Assembly (NCBI RefSeq): GCF_004010195.1
Contig: NC_057740.1
Location: 33,850,793-33,914,792, forward strand
DNA from: Chiloscyllium plagiosum
Taxonomy: Eukaryota
DNA: 64,000 nt
Reading direction: 5' to 3'
Positions 11,620-24,902 of the stretch are shown here, one piece after another. The notes under the pieces are model-generated. The model worked only from the letters and a program-made list of their open reading frames with translations, made no database searches and was not told the origin of the DNA. The position numbers were made by a program, and so were the translations under genes. How positions within the stretch are numbered: the stretch's first letter is position 1; the number at the start of each line of letters is the position of its first letter.

Positions 11620-13330
11620 CATAAGAGTATAAGAAACTGGGACAGGAGTTCGGCCCCTCAAGTCTGCTCTACCAATCAATAGGATTTTAGCTATTCTACA
11701 ATTCCACACTTCTGCTTTCCTGCATTGTTTCTGTAACCCTTGATTCCCCTATTGATCAAGAATTTATCAATTACAGCTTTAAATAGATTCAAGGACTCTG
11801 CCACAGTTCTCTATGGCAAGAAGTTCCAAAGATTCTCAACCCTTTGAGAAATGAATTTCCTTTTCTTCTCAGTCTTAAATTAGCGCTCCTTAATTCTGGG
11901 ACCATGCCCTCTGGTCCGAGACTCTCCCGTGAGGGGAAACATCCTCTCAGAATTTATCCTGTCAAGTTCCTTAAGAATCAGAAAATGGAGTCACAGGTAG
12001 ACAGGGCAGTGAAGAAGGCTTTTGGCACATTGGCATTGAGTCAGGGCATTGAGTATAGAAATTGGGATATTATATTGGAGTTGTATGTTGGTGAGGCCGC
12101 ACTTGGAGTATTGTGTTCAGTTTTAGTCACAGAGTTAGAGAATCATAGAGGTGTACAACATGGAAACAGACCCTTTGGTCCAACTAGTCCATGCCAACCA
12201 GATATCCCAACCTAATCTAGTCCCATTTGCCAGCACTTGGCCCATATCCCTCTAAACCCTTCCTATTCACATACCCTTCCAGATGCCTTCTAAATGTTGC
12301 AAGTGGACCCTTGCTATAGGAAGGATGTTATTAAACTGGAAAGAGTGCAGAAGACATTTACAAGGATATTGCCAGGACTCAACAGTCTGAGTGAGAGGAA
12401 GGCGTTGGACAAGCTAGGACTTATTTCTTTAGAGCATAGGAGACTGAGGGGAGATCTTACAGAAGTGTATAAGATCATGAGAGGCATGGATAGGGTAAAT
12501 GCATTCATTCTTTTTCCCAAGGTTGGGGAACATGGACTAGAGTGCATCAGTTTAATGTTGGAGGGTAAAGAATAAAAGGGAAACTGAGGGGCAATGTTTT
12601 TACACAGAAGGTGGTACACATATGGAATGAGCTGCCAGCGGAATGGTTGAGGTGGGTACATTAACAATGTTTAAAAGGCATTTGGACAAAGACATGAATA
12701 GGAAAGGTTTAGAAGGTTCTGGGCCAAGTGCAAGGAAATGGGGCTAGCATGGATGGACAGTTTGGGCGGCATGGACCAGTTTGGACTAAAGGCCCTGTCT
12801 CTGTGCTAGTGGAACTTTATGACTCCATGACTCTAATTCTATATATTTCAGGGAGATCACCACTTATTCTTATAATTCCAATGAATGGAGTCAAACCTGA
12901 TTAGTCTTTGCTCACAGGACAATCTCTTTATATCAGGATCATCATCGTGAATCTTCTCTGATTCAATGAAATTATATATTTCCTTAAATAAGGGGACCAA
13001 AAATGCTCATAGTAATACAGATGTTGTCTCACCCACCTCTTGTACAGTTACAAAAGACTTCCCTACTCTCATTCTCCAACACCCTTTAAATAAGGACCAG
13101 TATTCCATCAGCCTCCCTGCTCCAGCTGTGTGCTAGTTTTCTGTGTTTTATGCACAAGTACCTCCAAGTCCCTTTGTGTTGCAGCTTCCTGCAGTTTTAC
13201 TCCATTTAAAAAGTAGTCTGTTCTTTTGTTCTCCCTTTCAAATGAATGACTTCACATTTTTCCACATTGTATTCCATTTGCCAAATTTTTGCCCCTTTAC
13301 CTAACCTATCAATAACTCTATAAGCTGTCA
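11620..13330 (-). mobile_element. CR1 LINE 3' part containing an opposite-strand CR1 (11978-12835 +), itself containing a CR1 tail (12135-12305 -)
   Basis: CR1 ORF2 C-terminal motifs 'ESQVDRAVKKAFG','KDVIKLERVQK.FTR.LPGL','RRLRGDL.EVYKIM'; short-repeat tails (ATGACTCC/ATGACTCT) mark the 3' ends. Confidence 0.85.
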
Positions 13331-16300
13331 AAGAAATCTAGATCACCATCTTAGTGAAAAATTATACCAGCTGCTGTTGAAGTTCAGACTCGTTGTAAGG
13401 CTCCGCCTTAATTTCCTAGAGTGCACTTCCAATGTGAAAGCAGGAAATTCTGATCCTCAGTGCCATGGTCCTCATTCTGCATACATTAATGAGAATAGTC
13501 AGGACCCGGCAGAAGGGCCAAAAAGTGGAAGGGGAAGTTTTGATGGCGGAAATTATAAGCAAAGAGCTGTCCATGTGAGTTTCCGGCTATTAAAACATTT
13601 GCTGATCTGTTTATTGACCACTGTTGCTCAGGAAAACACAGAAGACGTTCCCCACCAGTTAACAGCAATCCGAACTATAAATCCTGACTACCATCGCAAA
13701 CTCCATATAACCAAAATGTACTACATCAACATAAATACTATTCTAAAATACTGAAGAAAAGAAACAAAATATGAGTTAAATAGCTTTGACTTGAATGACT
13801 ATCAGCTTCTTAAATACTTAATAAACTTAACTCACCATATCATCCAGTTGAGCAGAGATCACATGTTGATAATGAGCTGCCAATGTTGATTTAGCACACT
13901 CTTCGTCTGTAATGCTGTTCTGTATTAAAATTATCAATGTGATGAAGCCTATAGACCTGTGAAATACTAAAACATGAGGAAATTTCATTAGGCATTAAAA
14001 AAGTAAAATTGGGTTTGGCTGCTTAAAAAAAGTAACTCGTGTTTACCTTTCATTTTCAATGAAGACACTTTACTGCCAAATGCAAGGAGGAATCTGCAAC
14101 TAATAAATTTTAAGAAGTTGAACGGAATCCTGTCTTTGATTGTTCATTTTAATGGAGTGCAGTATATGGGTAGAAAGTAGTGATTCATGTGATGATCCTT
14201 TTTTATATCTTGCTAAATTTGACAACAGTTGGAGAAACAGGATGTCCATTTAACCATGTGCAATGCCCTCTTCCTTTTCTTAGAAAGGAGGAGTTGATTC
14301 TGACAACTCTGGCAAAGCCAATTATGACGGGAATGAGAGGAAATGCGTGAGAAAAGGCACCTGGGAATGCAACACTACTGTCACTTCCTTCTAAGCAGGA
14401 TCTAATGGGGTGAGAAGGGGAATATTTGATGAAATCATACAGTTTTAAGGAATGAAGAACGAGAGTGAGCAATGAGAATTTCGGTATAGATTATATAACT
14501 TAAAACTTATTGTGCAATTTGATGACTTCCACAGTATCTCTTGTAATGAGATGTCATGCATAAGACATAACTAGCTGTAATCCCAACTTCAGTAAAAGTG
14601 TCTCTGTGACTTGAAAGATGGTCAATTGGAACAGCTCTTGGATTTATGAATCCGAAGAGTCATAGTCATAAGATAAACATATGGATATAACTAAGACACT
14701 GCTGAATTCATTATTGAAAACAATTGAAACCCCGAAATAGTTACCTTTCAGGGATATATTTTGACAAATGGTTCCATGGTTATAATAAATACTGAATGAC
14801 ATACCTTGCATTCTTATGAAACAAAAAATAGATTACCAAGTAGTCTGAAAAAATAAATGCCAGGAGTGTTTTGTCACCTTGACTTCCTAAGGTTAAGCAG
14901 CACAGAAACTGGAATGTTGAAAATGAAAGATTTGTACGGCTATCCTTTGAAGTGTGGTCAGTTGTTATGTTGTCAATGGAAACCCTCAAAATATTCCTTA
15001 AAATTCAAGCAATAGAAATTTGTCTTGGGCAATCATCAAAGTAGGCAATATCAGCTGCTGATTAATGTCAAGTATGATTAATCAACTACTTATAATTAGA
15101 ACACCATCGGTAAATCTTACTTTTCTTCGGCGAAGTGCAAGTTGAGTTCAATTTTTTTGGATGTTTTTTTTGCTGAGAGGACAGGCAAGTTTTCTCACCG
15201 TATCTTAGCAAACTCGCCTTGTTGATTTCCTAGCCTGTCCCCACGGTGACCCTCTCATCTAATTCTAGCCTCATCTTATCATGTGCTGTTCCTGGAACAA
15301 CTCTCAATTGCCTTGATATCCCGGAATTAGCTGGCATCTCTTGCGCCCTTACCATCTTTAAAAGCCTGTTGTGCACCCAGACAAGCACTGTCAGTCCAGC
15401 GCTGACCTACATGACTCCTGACATTTGTTCCACACATGGCAGATGGGGGATATTAATGCTCCACTGTGCTGGCAAGGACTAGGAGCTCCTACTGGATTGG
15501 GTGGTGCAGATGTGGGACCTCCTGTACCCCAGGATCAGCAGTGCAAGCCTCAACACTTGGTCATAGCAGCCAGGTCTGAGGTTGCCACCCAATTAGAAAC
15601 TGCCTCAGCCATCTACAGGAATGCCCAGCACTTTGATCATGGAAGTCTACAGGACGGAAAAAGGTCCTTCTGCACCAGTTAAAAACAACCACCTGAATGT
15701 TAAGTGGAAAAAGGTCAACATCTTCTTCACGCCATCAGCCAAGGTGCCTCCACCTTCTCTCTGATATGTCATAATCACTTGGAGATGGAGCCTGATGCAT
15801 TCTGTGGGCTGTGTTCACATTCATGAGCACACAACGTCTCTGCAGCATTATGGCAATGATCATTACCAGTGCGGAAGCGTCCTGTAAGTGGATTAGAAAT
15901 GTGCCATGAGGGGTCTTAGAGGTTGGCACTTGTTGGATGCCAATGTCTTTGGAGGTGGGGTGCATGTGGGTGGTGAGCATGGAGCATCCCCTGGGTTGTT
16001 GGTGCCTTGCGTCCAACGTGGAGGCTGGTCACAGCGAGGAGATAGCTGAGTTACAAGGTGCCTGTTCTGGTTTCCAAGTCAAGATTTCTCAACATCCAGC
16101 TTGTTTGACACTTTTGGGAAGATGAGAAGCTGAATAGTGATGATGCAAGTTGGGCTACTAACAAAGTACTTAACGAGCAATAACCCCTCCGGCCACTTAA
16201 TTGGTAAGTTGCTGCTGCCCAGTGAAAAGATAAGAGATGGCATGAGATGCTCCCACTGACAAGATGAATCTCACCGGACTTCTCACCAAATTTTGAAACA

Positions 16301-16380
16301 AATCTCACCATAGCCTATGTTGCTCAGACCTCCGCAAGATTCCACCCTGAGTTTACCTTGGCTTCTTTCCAGCTATGTTG

Positions 16381-16960
16381 GGGGCAGCACGGTGGCTGGA
16401 TGGTTAGCACTGCTCCCTCACAGTGCCAGGGACCCGGGTTCATTCCCACCTCGAGCAACTGTTTGTGTGGAGTTTGCACATTGTCCCCGTGTCTGTGTGG
16501 GTTTCCTCCGGCCATGCTAAATTGCCCATAGTACTAGGTGCATTAATCAGGGGGAATGGGTCTGCACTTCGGAGGGTCGGTGTGGACTTAGATTTAAATT
16601 AGATTACAGTGTGGAATCAGGCCCTTCGGCCCAACAATTCCACACCAACCCGCCGAAGCAAAACCCACCCCTACCCCTACATTTACCCCTTACCTAACAC
16701 TACAGGCAATTTAGTATGGCCAATTCACCTGACCCTGCACATCTTTGGATGGTGGGAGGAAACCGGAGCACCCGGAGGAAACCCACGCAGACACGGGGAG
16801 AACGTGCAAACTCCACACAGTCAGTCGCCTGAGGCGGGAATTGAACCCGGGTCTCTGGCGCTGTGAGGCAGCAGTGCTAACCACTGTGCCACCGTGCCTC
16901 CCACTTGTTGGACTGAAGGGCCTGTTTTCACACTGAAGGGAATCTAAACTCATCTAACCT
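16381..16960 (+). mobile_element. HE1 V-SINE (internally deleted) with a second HE1 inserted antisense (16590-16902)
   Basis: Outer head GGGGCAGCACGGTGG at 16381; tail resumes at 16903; ACTT duplicated at 16586-16589 and 16903-16906. Confidence 0.9.
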
Positions 16961-17124
16961 AAAAGCAACTCCTACTGTGCCTCTGAGATCATCCTTCATT
17001 TACAGCACAAGGCATTCTCTAGCATTTTACTGTGTGATTGACATTTGGGTTGAATGAAGAATGCATCCATTAAGAACAGATTCCGGATTCTTCCAGTTGA
17101 AATGGAAGGATGTTGTAGTGTTGG

Positions 17125-17257
17125 TGGAGATAGTGAGGACTGCAGAGGCTGGAAAGTCAGGGCCAATAAAATGTGGAGCCGGAAAAAGTGCAGCAGATCA
17201 AGCAGCGTTAGAGGAGCAGGAGAATCGACATTTCAGGCAGGACCATTCATCAGGACT
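17125..17257 (-). mobile_element. Penelope-like terminal repeat, family A (decayed hammerhead)
   Basis: GTGAGGACTGCAGA..CAGCAGATCAAGCAGC..AATCGACATTTCAGGC..TTCATCAGG. Confidence 0.7.
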
Positions 17258-17679
17258 ATTTCATGGTGTTATTTCTGCCCTGACCAATGATGACTCATCC
17301 CATATGCTTCTCACCTCATTATCCATGCAAGCAAAATGTTGGCCATCTTAATTCATTGAATCACATGGTGAACAAGGCTGAAGTGCTTGCCACTGTCAGG
17401 ACATTATAACTACTGTGCCTCTGGAATCATATTTAAAACCCAGTGGGTCACCACTTTTAACACTGCAAGCTAGAACTACCACTCACACTATTTGCTCACT
17501 TCGAAACTATGAGTAGATGGCACAAAAGAAAAGTTAGGATTGGTCCCCACTTCAAGGAGAAAAATCTTGAGGTGCTAATTGACAAAGGGAGGTCAGTCTT
17601 CTTCCCAGTTCACCACAACAAGCGGCAACCCCTTAAGATGTGTGAATAGTTTTGCTCCCCTTGTCCAAGGTAAGATATA

Positions 17680-18160
17680 CTGTCATTGGAGACAGTCCAT
17701 GGAAAGTTCACTAGGTTCACTCCGGCTTATGGATGGATTTTCTTACGAGGAGAGGTGGAGAGTTTGGGCCTGAACTCCTTAAGGTTCAGAAATAATAAGA
17801 GGGAGCCAAGATTCTTAGAGGGCTTGGTAGGGTAGATGCTGAAATGTTTCCTCTTATGGGAGAATCTAGGACCAGAGTGTATGATCTCAGAGCAAAGACT
17901 CCATTTTAGACATAGATAAAAAGAAATTCCTTCTTTCAAAGAGTGGAATTTTTTAACGCAGAGGGCTGTTGAAGTTGATTCGTTAAGAATATTCAAGTCT
18001 GAAGTAGATTTTTAATCAATAAGGGGATTGAGGGTTATGCAGAAAAGACAAGGAAGTGGACTTGGGGATTCTCAGTTCAGCCATGAACTCATTTAATAGC
18101 GGAGCCGACTTATTGGGCTGAATGGCCTACTTATTTCCCTACATCTTATGGTATTATGGA
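17680..18160 (+). mobile_element. CR1 LINE 3' fragment
   Basis: 'FSYEER', GGGAGAATCTAGGACCAGAG, 3' end AATGGCCTACT..CTTATGGTATTATG. Confidence 0.75.
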
Positions 18161-18816
18161 TGCTTCCAACTTGGACAGAGAGAGCAGCATGAATCAATGC
18201 TACGTCCGCCATCAAAAGGGAAGGCCAGTAGTGCCTCGGATAAGTCAATGGCCTATTGTGCTCCACAAGGCCACCATCTTCTCCCTGCTACCTCAGACTC
18301 AAAAGGCCATTCACTCATGCTAACTTTGTCATTGCACAAAACATCTCATCACGGGTAATAGCATCACCCATCACATGCAAAATGGCCCCTAAAGGGCTCA
18401 CACCTTTACAACAACTAACTTCCTTCCGCTGTTCCTGTTCACTCACTGGGGACACCTCACCACCTCTTGGGTTTATATATGTTCACTAACTGTAATCTAC
18501 TCAATTCTTCTCGTTCTCTCATTGCAGGAAGAAAATGGTCCACAACCAGACTGAGAGGTCCAAGACTGGAGGGGAGGCGGCAGCCTTCAGGTTCCTTCCT
18601 CCCAATGAGGATAAGATGATTGTGTTGGTTGGGAGATCAAAACTGCTCATGTGTTAAAGGGCAGACACCAATGGGCAACTAACCCAGTCAGCTCCTTTGT
18701 GTTGTGCTCCTTTCTGATTACCAGCGATGCTAACTCACTCTTCTGCATAAGCTTTTATCCATTTTCTCCAAATAACTTCCTTTCCTGTTTTAAGCAGGCA
18801 CTTGTGACATCTGGAG

Positions 18817-19003
18817 CTGAAAAATGTGTTGCTGGAAAAGCGCAGCCGGTCAGGCAGCATCCAAGGAGCAGGAATCTGAAGAAGGGCTAATGCCTGAAAC
18901 GTCGATTCTACTGCTCCTTGGGTACTGCCTGACCTGCTGCGCTTTTCCAGCAACACATTTTTCAGCTCTGATCTCCAGCATCTGCAGTCCTCACTTTCTC
19001 CTT
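18817..19003 (+). mobile_element. Fold-back Penelope-like insertion with hammerhead core in the loop
   Basis: ~60-bp inverted arms around CTGAAGA-A-GGGC-TAAT-GCCT-GAAA-CGTC (18876-18903); TSD CTTG(T/C)GACATCT(G/A)GAG at 18801-18816 and 19004-19019. Confidence 0.85.
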
Positions 19004-20341
19004 CTTGCGACATCTAGAGATTCTCCACTGGGAAGAGGCTACAGTCTGAACCCCTCAGTGACAGCTTAACCTCTCAGACAGAAGCTTGTCAACCATCAAT
19101 CAGCTCAGAGACTTGAGTGGGTCCTTTATCTAGATTAGACTTGGGACAAAATCTGATGAACACATACTTCTCTGCAGTGAGTGTAGGAAGAAACACCCGA
19201 GGTCTTTGACACTTAGCTCCATGCAGAAGACCTGTCCCTGTTCTAAGTCATAAGTGATGTGCTTTACTTGCAGCAATAGGCACAGGAACATCAGGCTGGT
19301 GTGCCATATGTATTTGGTAAGCCGGATGATTGATAGAGGAGTCCTTCAAAGGTCTCACTATGATGGTCGTTCTGGCATACAAACGCTTAGCTGCCTCTAT
19401 GGACAGGGACTTTTAAAAATTCATTAATGGGATTAGGGTGTCGCTGGTTCAACAAGCATTTATTGCCCATCCCTAATTGCACATTGCTATGGGTCTGGAG
19501 TTACATGTATGCCAAACCAATTAAGGAAGGCAGTTTCCTTTCCTAAGGACATTCGTGAACCAGACGAGTTTTTCCCGGCAATCACCAATCGATATGTGGT
19601 CATCATTAGACTCTTATTTCCATACTTTAAAATTGAATTCAAATATCGCATCCACCATGGAGGGGATTGAACCTGGGTCTCTGGATTAACAATCCAGTCA
19701 TATTACCACTAGGTTGTTGTCTCACTGGCAGTTGCCTTGGAGGCTCAGGGCTTTTGACAGGCTCAGTGGCTGCTATACCCACTCCATCACCTTAGCCATG
19801 GGTCCTAGCATTGCCATCAAGGTGAGGATGCAAGGGATCTTGATCTCACTTTGGGTGACCTTTCCTCTCAAGAAGACAGGGCATTGCCAGTGTGCTCGCC
19901 CAGAAGGATGAGTAACACAGAAATACCCCAGCAATAGTTTCTCAGGAAACTTCAGAAGTGCTTTGCCACCCCGTATGCCCCTCAACCGCTCCCTTCCCTC
20001 TGATCCCAAAGCCAACAAGTGTTTAAGCTGAGGAGGGTGAGACTGCCTCTAGACAGCAGGCAACGAATGTACTTGTGCCCTCTAGTTCAAAAGGCACGAG
20101 GAAAACACTGCCTAGGACTTCCAAATCAACTACCAAGCAAGCTCCCTACATTTGTAGATGTTAAACCTGCATGAAGAACAGTGAGAGTCAGAAGAAGAAG
20201 AAAACATACTGACGGCATTAGGGGCATGGGTACTACATTATTGTGCACAAGCCATCAGTTTTGTCAATACATTTCCACTTACTTTGTTACAATGTCTGTT
20301 GTAGGACCTGGTTAGGTCAGATTCATGTAAGAGATGAAATT

Positions 20342-20707
20342 TTTACAGAATATTGAATGGCCTGAACAGAGTAGATGTTGGGAAGATGTTTCCATTGGTA
20401 GGAGAGACTAGGACCCAAGGGCACAGCCTTAGAGTAAAGGGAAGACCTTTTAGAATGGACATATGGAGAGAGCCTCTCAGCCAGAGAGTGGGGAATCTAT
20501 GGAATTCATTACCAGCGAAGGCTATTGAGGCCAGGCCATTAAGTGTATTTAAAACTGAGATAGATAGGTTGTTGATTGTCAAGTGGATCAAGGGTTACAA
20601 GGAGAAAGTTGGAGAATGGGGTTGGGAAACTTATCAACCATGATTGAATGGCAGAGGAGACTCGATGGGTGAATGGCCTAATTTCTGCTCCTATGTCTTA
20701 TGGTCTT
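20342..20707 (+). mobile_element. CR1 LINE 3' end
   Basis: ORF 20353-20643 'MFPLVGETRTQGHSLRV..SQRVGNLWNSLP..FKTEIDRLL'; tail TATGTCTTATGGTCTTA. Confidence 0.9.
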
Positions 20708-21814
20708 AAAAGGTAAGTGAAGCTGTGACTTTGACAGCCACCAGGAAGAGACTGACGTCCAGTCCTTGGAAGCACAAGAACTTATCCAGCAGCAAATTTA
20801 CTTCTGAAATATTGATTTGGGGCATACTCAATCTTCTGCAGCAATGTCCTGCTTTTTTCAGATAACTACAGTGATGTCTATAAACCCTAGTTCTCAATAT
20901 TTCTTTGTGTCTCTTTGGTGAAACTTGCCCTGCTGCTCTTCCCTCTGGAGGCTGTGTGGCAGCTGCTGTGGTTTTCTGTTCTTGCTGGGCTTTCATTTTC
21001 CTGTTCATTCTCAGTAGAAGCAAGGCCCCAATGTTAGCAGGTATTCTCTGGGGAAGGTTAGATGTCATGTAGCAATATTGAAGGGACATCAGAGCTCTCA
21101 CATCTGCGATAATCATGAAGATTCTCAGGGACATTCATTGTCAAGCCTTGATTTGGAACTCTGAGATATGTGACCTTACAAAATGCATGGTGAACAACCA
21201 AAGTGTCTACGTTTATGTTCCATTGCAAATAGACTTCTACCAATAAGCCACCACGAAATGCACACATCACTGTCACCCACCCATTTCCTTTCCCACACCA
21301 AAGCTCATCACACATCACAGTGAATCTCTGGATTGATACGGCAGAGAAGGAGGCCATTTGGCCCATCAGGCCTGCACTGACTGCTCTCAAGTATCATTAC
21401 CAGTCTCCTGCTTTTTCCCCATAATTTCTATCCAATACAGCCTCTCAGTGAAGCCTTGAATGCTTCATTTGAACCTGCCTTGACCACACTTGTCCTTGGA
21501 GAGTTACTTTTGTGAGTGACGATATGGCAGCTGCTGTGTATTGTCTTCCAAACTTGCTACAGATTGTCATTGTGAATTAGGAACATCAGGTTCAGTCTTT
21601 AAGTTCCTTCTCTGGGCTCTGATGGTACATTGCTAGTGTCCCTGCCTCTGGGCCTGAGGCTGAGTTTGTGCCTGAGTTGGGCTGAGGCCAAGCACTGTGA
21701 TATTGTGAGGCTGGTACTTTGCCGAGGTCAAGTTTCACGAAGGGTGCAGGAAGTATTTTCCCATTGCCCGTAGAGAAGCAGTAATTCCACATGTAAAGAG
21801 AAGCTAAATGGTTG

Positions 21815-22531
21815 TGTTACGACACAGGGTGAACCCCTCTGCTAATTCATACAAGCAACACAGAAAAAATTCAGACTGTATTATAAGCTGCTAAAATTTG
21901 AGAGGCAAAGAACTATCCCAAAAGTCACTATTTAAAGGAAAAAGGAATAGCTTTATTTTTAAAAGTCTAACAGAGAATACTAACTAGCAACTATTTATAA
22001 CTTCTTTCTCTTAAGCCTATCTTTTACCTCCCCCTCGACAGTATTGTTCAGATAAAAATCCCGATTATGATTGACAAAAGAAAATCACATTTCAAAACCA
22101 GCTTTGCCCAGTTTCCACTGTAGATATTTCCCCATAGATTTTCTCTAGGTCGGTTTCAGTGCTTTTTCTGTAAACTTCTTCTCCAGATAGGTACCTCCCA
22201 GAGAGCTCTTACCAGCAGCCTACATCTGTTGGTCTTTTGTCAGTTCTCTTTGCTGCTCTGGGTAACTGTTCAAAATGTCTGATATCTATACCCCAAAACA
22301 TCGGACCATTTCATTGGTTTAGTTGTCAAAACATTATTTTTTCAAATTTGATTGGATTTTGTTAACTTGGGACATAATTTAAACTGATTGGCCAAATTCA
22401 AACTTGTTTTTGCATCCTGGCAACACAGCTCTTAGCTTGTTATTTCAATCCACTGTTAGTTTTAGATTTGCCAGCACTCTCTGTGCTTCTCTAAGTCCTT
22501 GCTAGCTTTTTAATTCCCTTTCTTCATAACA
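21815..22531 (-). mobile_element. Solo LTR (related to the Gmr1-like element)
   Basis: TGTTA...TAACA termini, 4-bp TSD GTTG (21811-14, 22532-35); shares TTTAAACTGATTGG and GCTAGCTTTT blocks with the 4964/7389 LTRs. Confidence 0.85.
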
Positions 22532-23560
22532 GTTGGCATGTCCATTCTATGAGCTACAATGGACATTGATGGAGGGGTCAGCCTTGTTCTTGCTTTGTTT
22601 AACTGGTTATGTTTCTCAATTGTGAAAGATTGGAACTGCAATTTTCAATCTGACGAGATCAATGAGATGCAAATATGGAAAGAAGGCGAGATTATGAACA
22701 GGCCATCTAAGGTATGAGGACTGAATCAAGAAAGTACTTTTTCAGAGTGAGAGTCTGATATTTAGATAATTTCTCACATGATTAAGCTCTATCACTCACC
22801 ATCATTCTCGGCGCGTCAGAGGAGAAAATTCTATCCTGAGTTTGGATTGTCCAAATGTCTGGCACATTTTTTATACTGGCAGCCTGGGAAGACTCTGGGG
22901 TAAATTTTCTGTTGGTTTTAATGGAATTTTCAATTTGCACTAGATGGATGTGAGAGTTCTTTATGCCACAAGATATAAACTTTACCCCTGAATTCCATTC
23001 TTTGGGATGAATTTTAACTTAAATTCAAAGGGGAAAATACCAGGTTTCCCTGAGTTGCTTATTCTGTCTATCTGTTCTTGTTTCCATTTTTTTCCAAATA
23101 TTACAGTAGTTTGCCATTGCTTTCTGCAGAATGGCTGACCAGGAAACTTCCCCATTCTTACCACCTGCTATCAAGTGTACTGTATTGAAAGGATACATAG
23201 GCTAAGAATCCACTTGTTTGGCCATCTTACAAATACACATTCCATAATCAATAAGTTCTGCTGTGGGATTCAAAGCCTGTAGCTTCTGACCCAGAGGAAT
23301 AAAACATCATCACTGTGTAAAAAAGCTTTCCTGAATTGCTAATTACATACACCTTTTTCCAAATCATAGTTCTGCAAGCAGTGCTGTAAGAAATGGAATA
23401 ATTCATAGAACATCTTGAGTGTCTTGTAAATCCTGTAATGGAGGATACCACACATTTTAGTGTCAGCAAGAACCCTTTTTGGAGTCACTTTGATTAGACA
23501 CGGGAAATGCCAATAAAATATTGAAATAAGCAAGAGATGATAGGGTGATGTTTTATATAG

Positions 23561-23773
23561 GCGAAAGTGAGGACTGTAGATGCTGGAGATCAGAATCAAG
23601 ATTAGTGTGGTGCTGGAAAAGCATAACAGGTCAGGCAGCATCAGAGGAGCAGGAAAATCGATGTTTCGGACAGGAGCCCTGATGAAGGGCTTTTGCCTGA
23701 AATGTCGATTTTACTGCTCCTTGGATGCTGCCTGACCTGCTGTGCTTTTCCAGCACCACTCTAATCTTGGTTC
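23561..23773. mobile_element. Fold-back Penelope-like insertion with hammerhead core
   Basis: ~85-bp inverted arms; CTGATGA-A-GGGC-TTTT-GCCT-GAAA-TGTC at 23679-23706; TSD TGATGTTTTA(T/C)AT(A/G)G at 23546-23560 and 23774-23788. Confidence 0.85.
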
Positions 23774-24065
23774 TGATGTTTTACATGGCATTCTGGATTA
23801 TTGGTTGATACTCATCATTAGGAACATCTTTACAACAGGCATTTAAGCTTTGCTGTGTGATGTAGAAAGAGCTATGAAAATGTAATGAGATACCACTGGG
23901 TATCAATGGCCATTTTGCATTGTGTTCTTCTCTAGAGATTCCAATAATTTTCTTTACTGGGATGTTAATTGCCCTTTAAATGTATACATGTGTCCATCTT
24001 GTATAGAATTTGTTAGGGAAGTCCTGAGCCCAGGCAAAGATTCTGGTGGGAGCTCATCCAGTTTC

Positions 24066-24246
24066 GAGAGTGTAGTGCTAGAAAAGCACAGCAGGTCAGG
24101 CAGCATCCGAAGAACAGGAGAATCAATGTTTCAGGCATATGAAACGTCGATTCTCCTGCCCCTCGGATGCTGCCTGACCTGCTGAGCTTTTCCAGCACCA
24201 CACTATTGACTCTGATCTCCAGCATCTGCAGTCCTCACTTTCTCCT
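24066..24246. mobile_element. Fold-back Penelope-like insertion (hammerhead core truncated at apex)
   Basis: Inverted arms meeting at TTTCAGGCATATGAAACG; TSD AGCTCAT(T)CCAGTTTC at 24051-24065 and 24247-24262. Confidence 0.85.
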
Positions 24247-24902
24247 AGCTCATTCCAGTTTCACTGGCAAAACATGCCTTGTCTCACAATGCAGAGAAAA
24301 TTTCCAACTGTCTCCAAAATTTTGTTATTTTTTAAAACAATTGGGCCTGACCGCTTTGGTTCTCCTAGTTTTGTTATCATTTTTCAAGTGCAGACATCCA
24401 TGCCTTGAAAATTATGCCAAGTAGATTATCTATCATACCCCTTCAAATGTATCAAGTTTTATTTATTGTATTAATTTGTTTGAGACACGTTCTGAAGCAC
24501 ACACCATGCTCAAAAACAAGTAACATCCAGCTATAATTAACTTGTTCTTTGTATCTTCACTAGAATTAATTGCCATGTCACTAGGTCTCAGAATTATGGA
24601 AATTCAATTTAGAATGAAATCCTGCAAAACATTATAACAGCTCATTATTTATATAGCATTCTCCATATTAATTTTACTCTGGATCCAAATTAAGTTTATT
24701 TTTATCAGGTTAAAATTTGCGAGTGAGTGTCCATAATAAGCTTGATGTTTAATAAAATTATGAAACTGACCATAACAATACAGTTTTAAACAGTGATGGA
24801 AACATATTTTGTCTGAAATATGCTGTCATTTGTATATGAACATTTGTGAATTTGCAATGCCAGCATACTTCAGTGGTATTAACTTCAATATGGATAATCT
24901 AT

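Larger units (their letters stand above)
15480..21140. mobile_element. Fragmented PIF/Harbinger element: Myb/SANT-like gene pieces (+) converging on a transposase N-terminus (-)
   Basis: + strand 'WKKVN' (~15705) and, after acceptor TCTCTCATTGCAG, 'KKMVHNQTERSKTGG' (18528-18575); - strand ORF 20706-21134 'RVYRHHCSYL..CCRRL..LVAVKVTASLTF' matches the HARBI1-type N-terminus. Confidence 0.55.
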
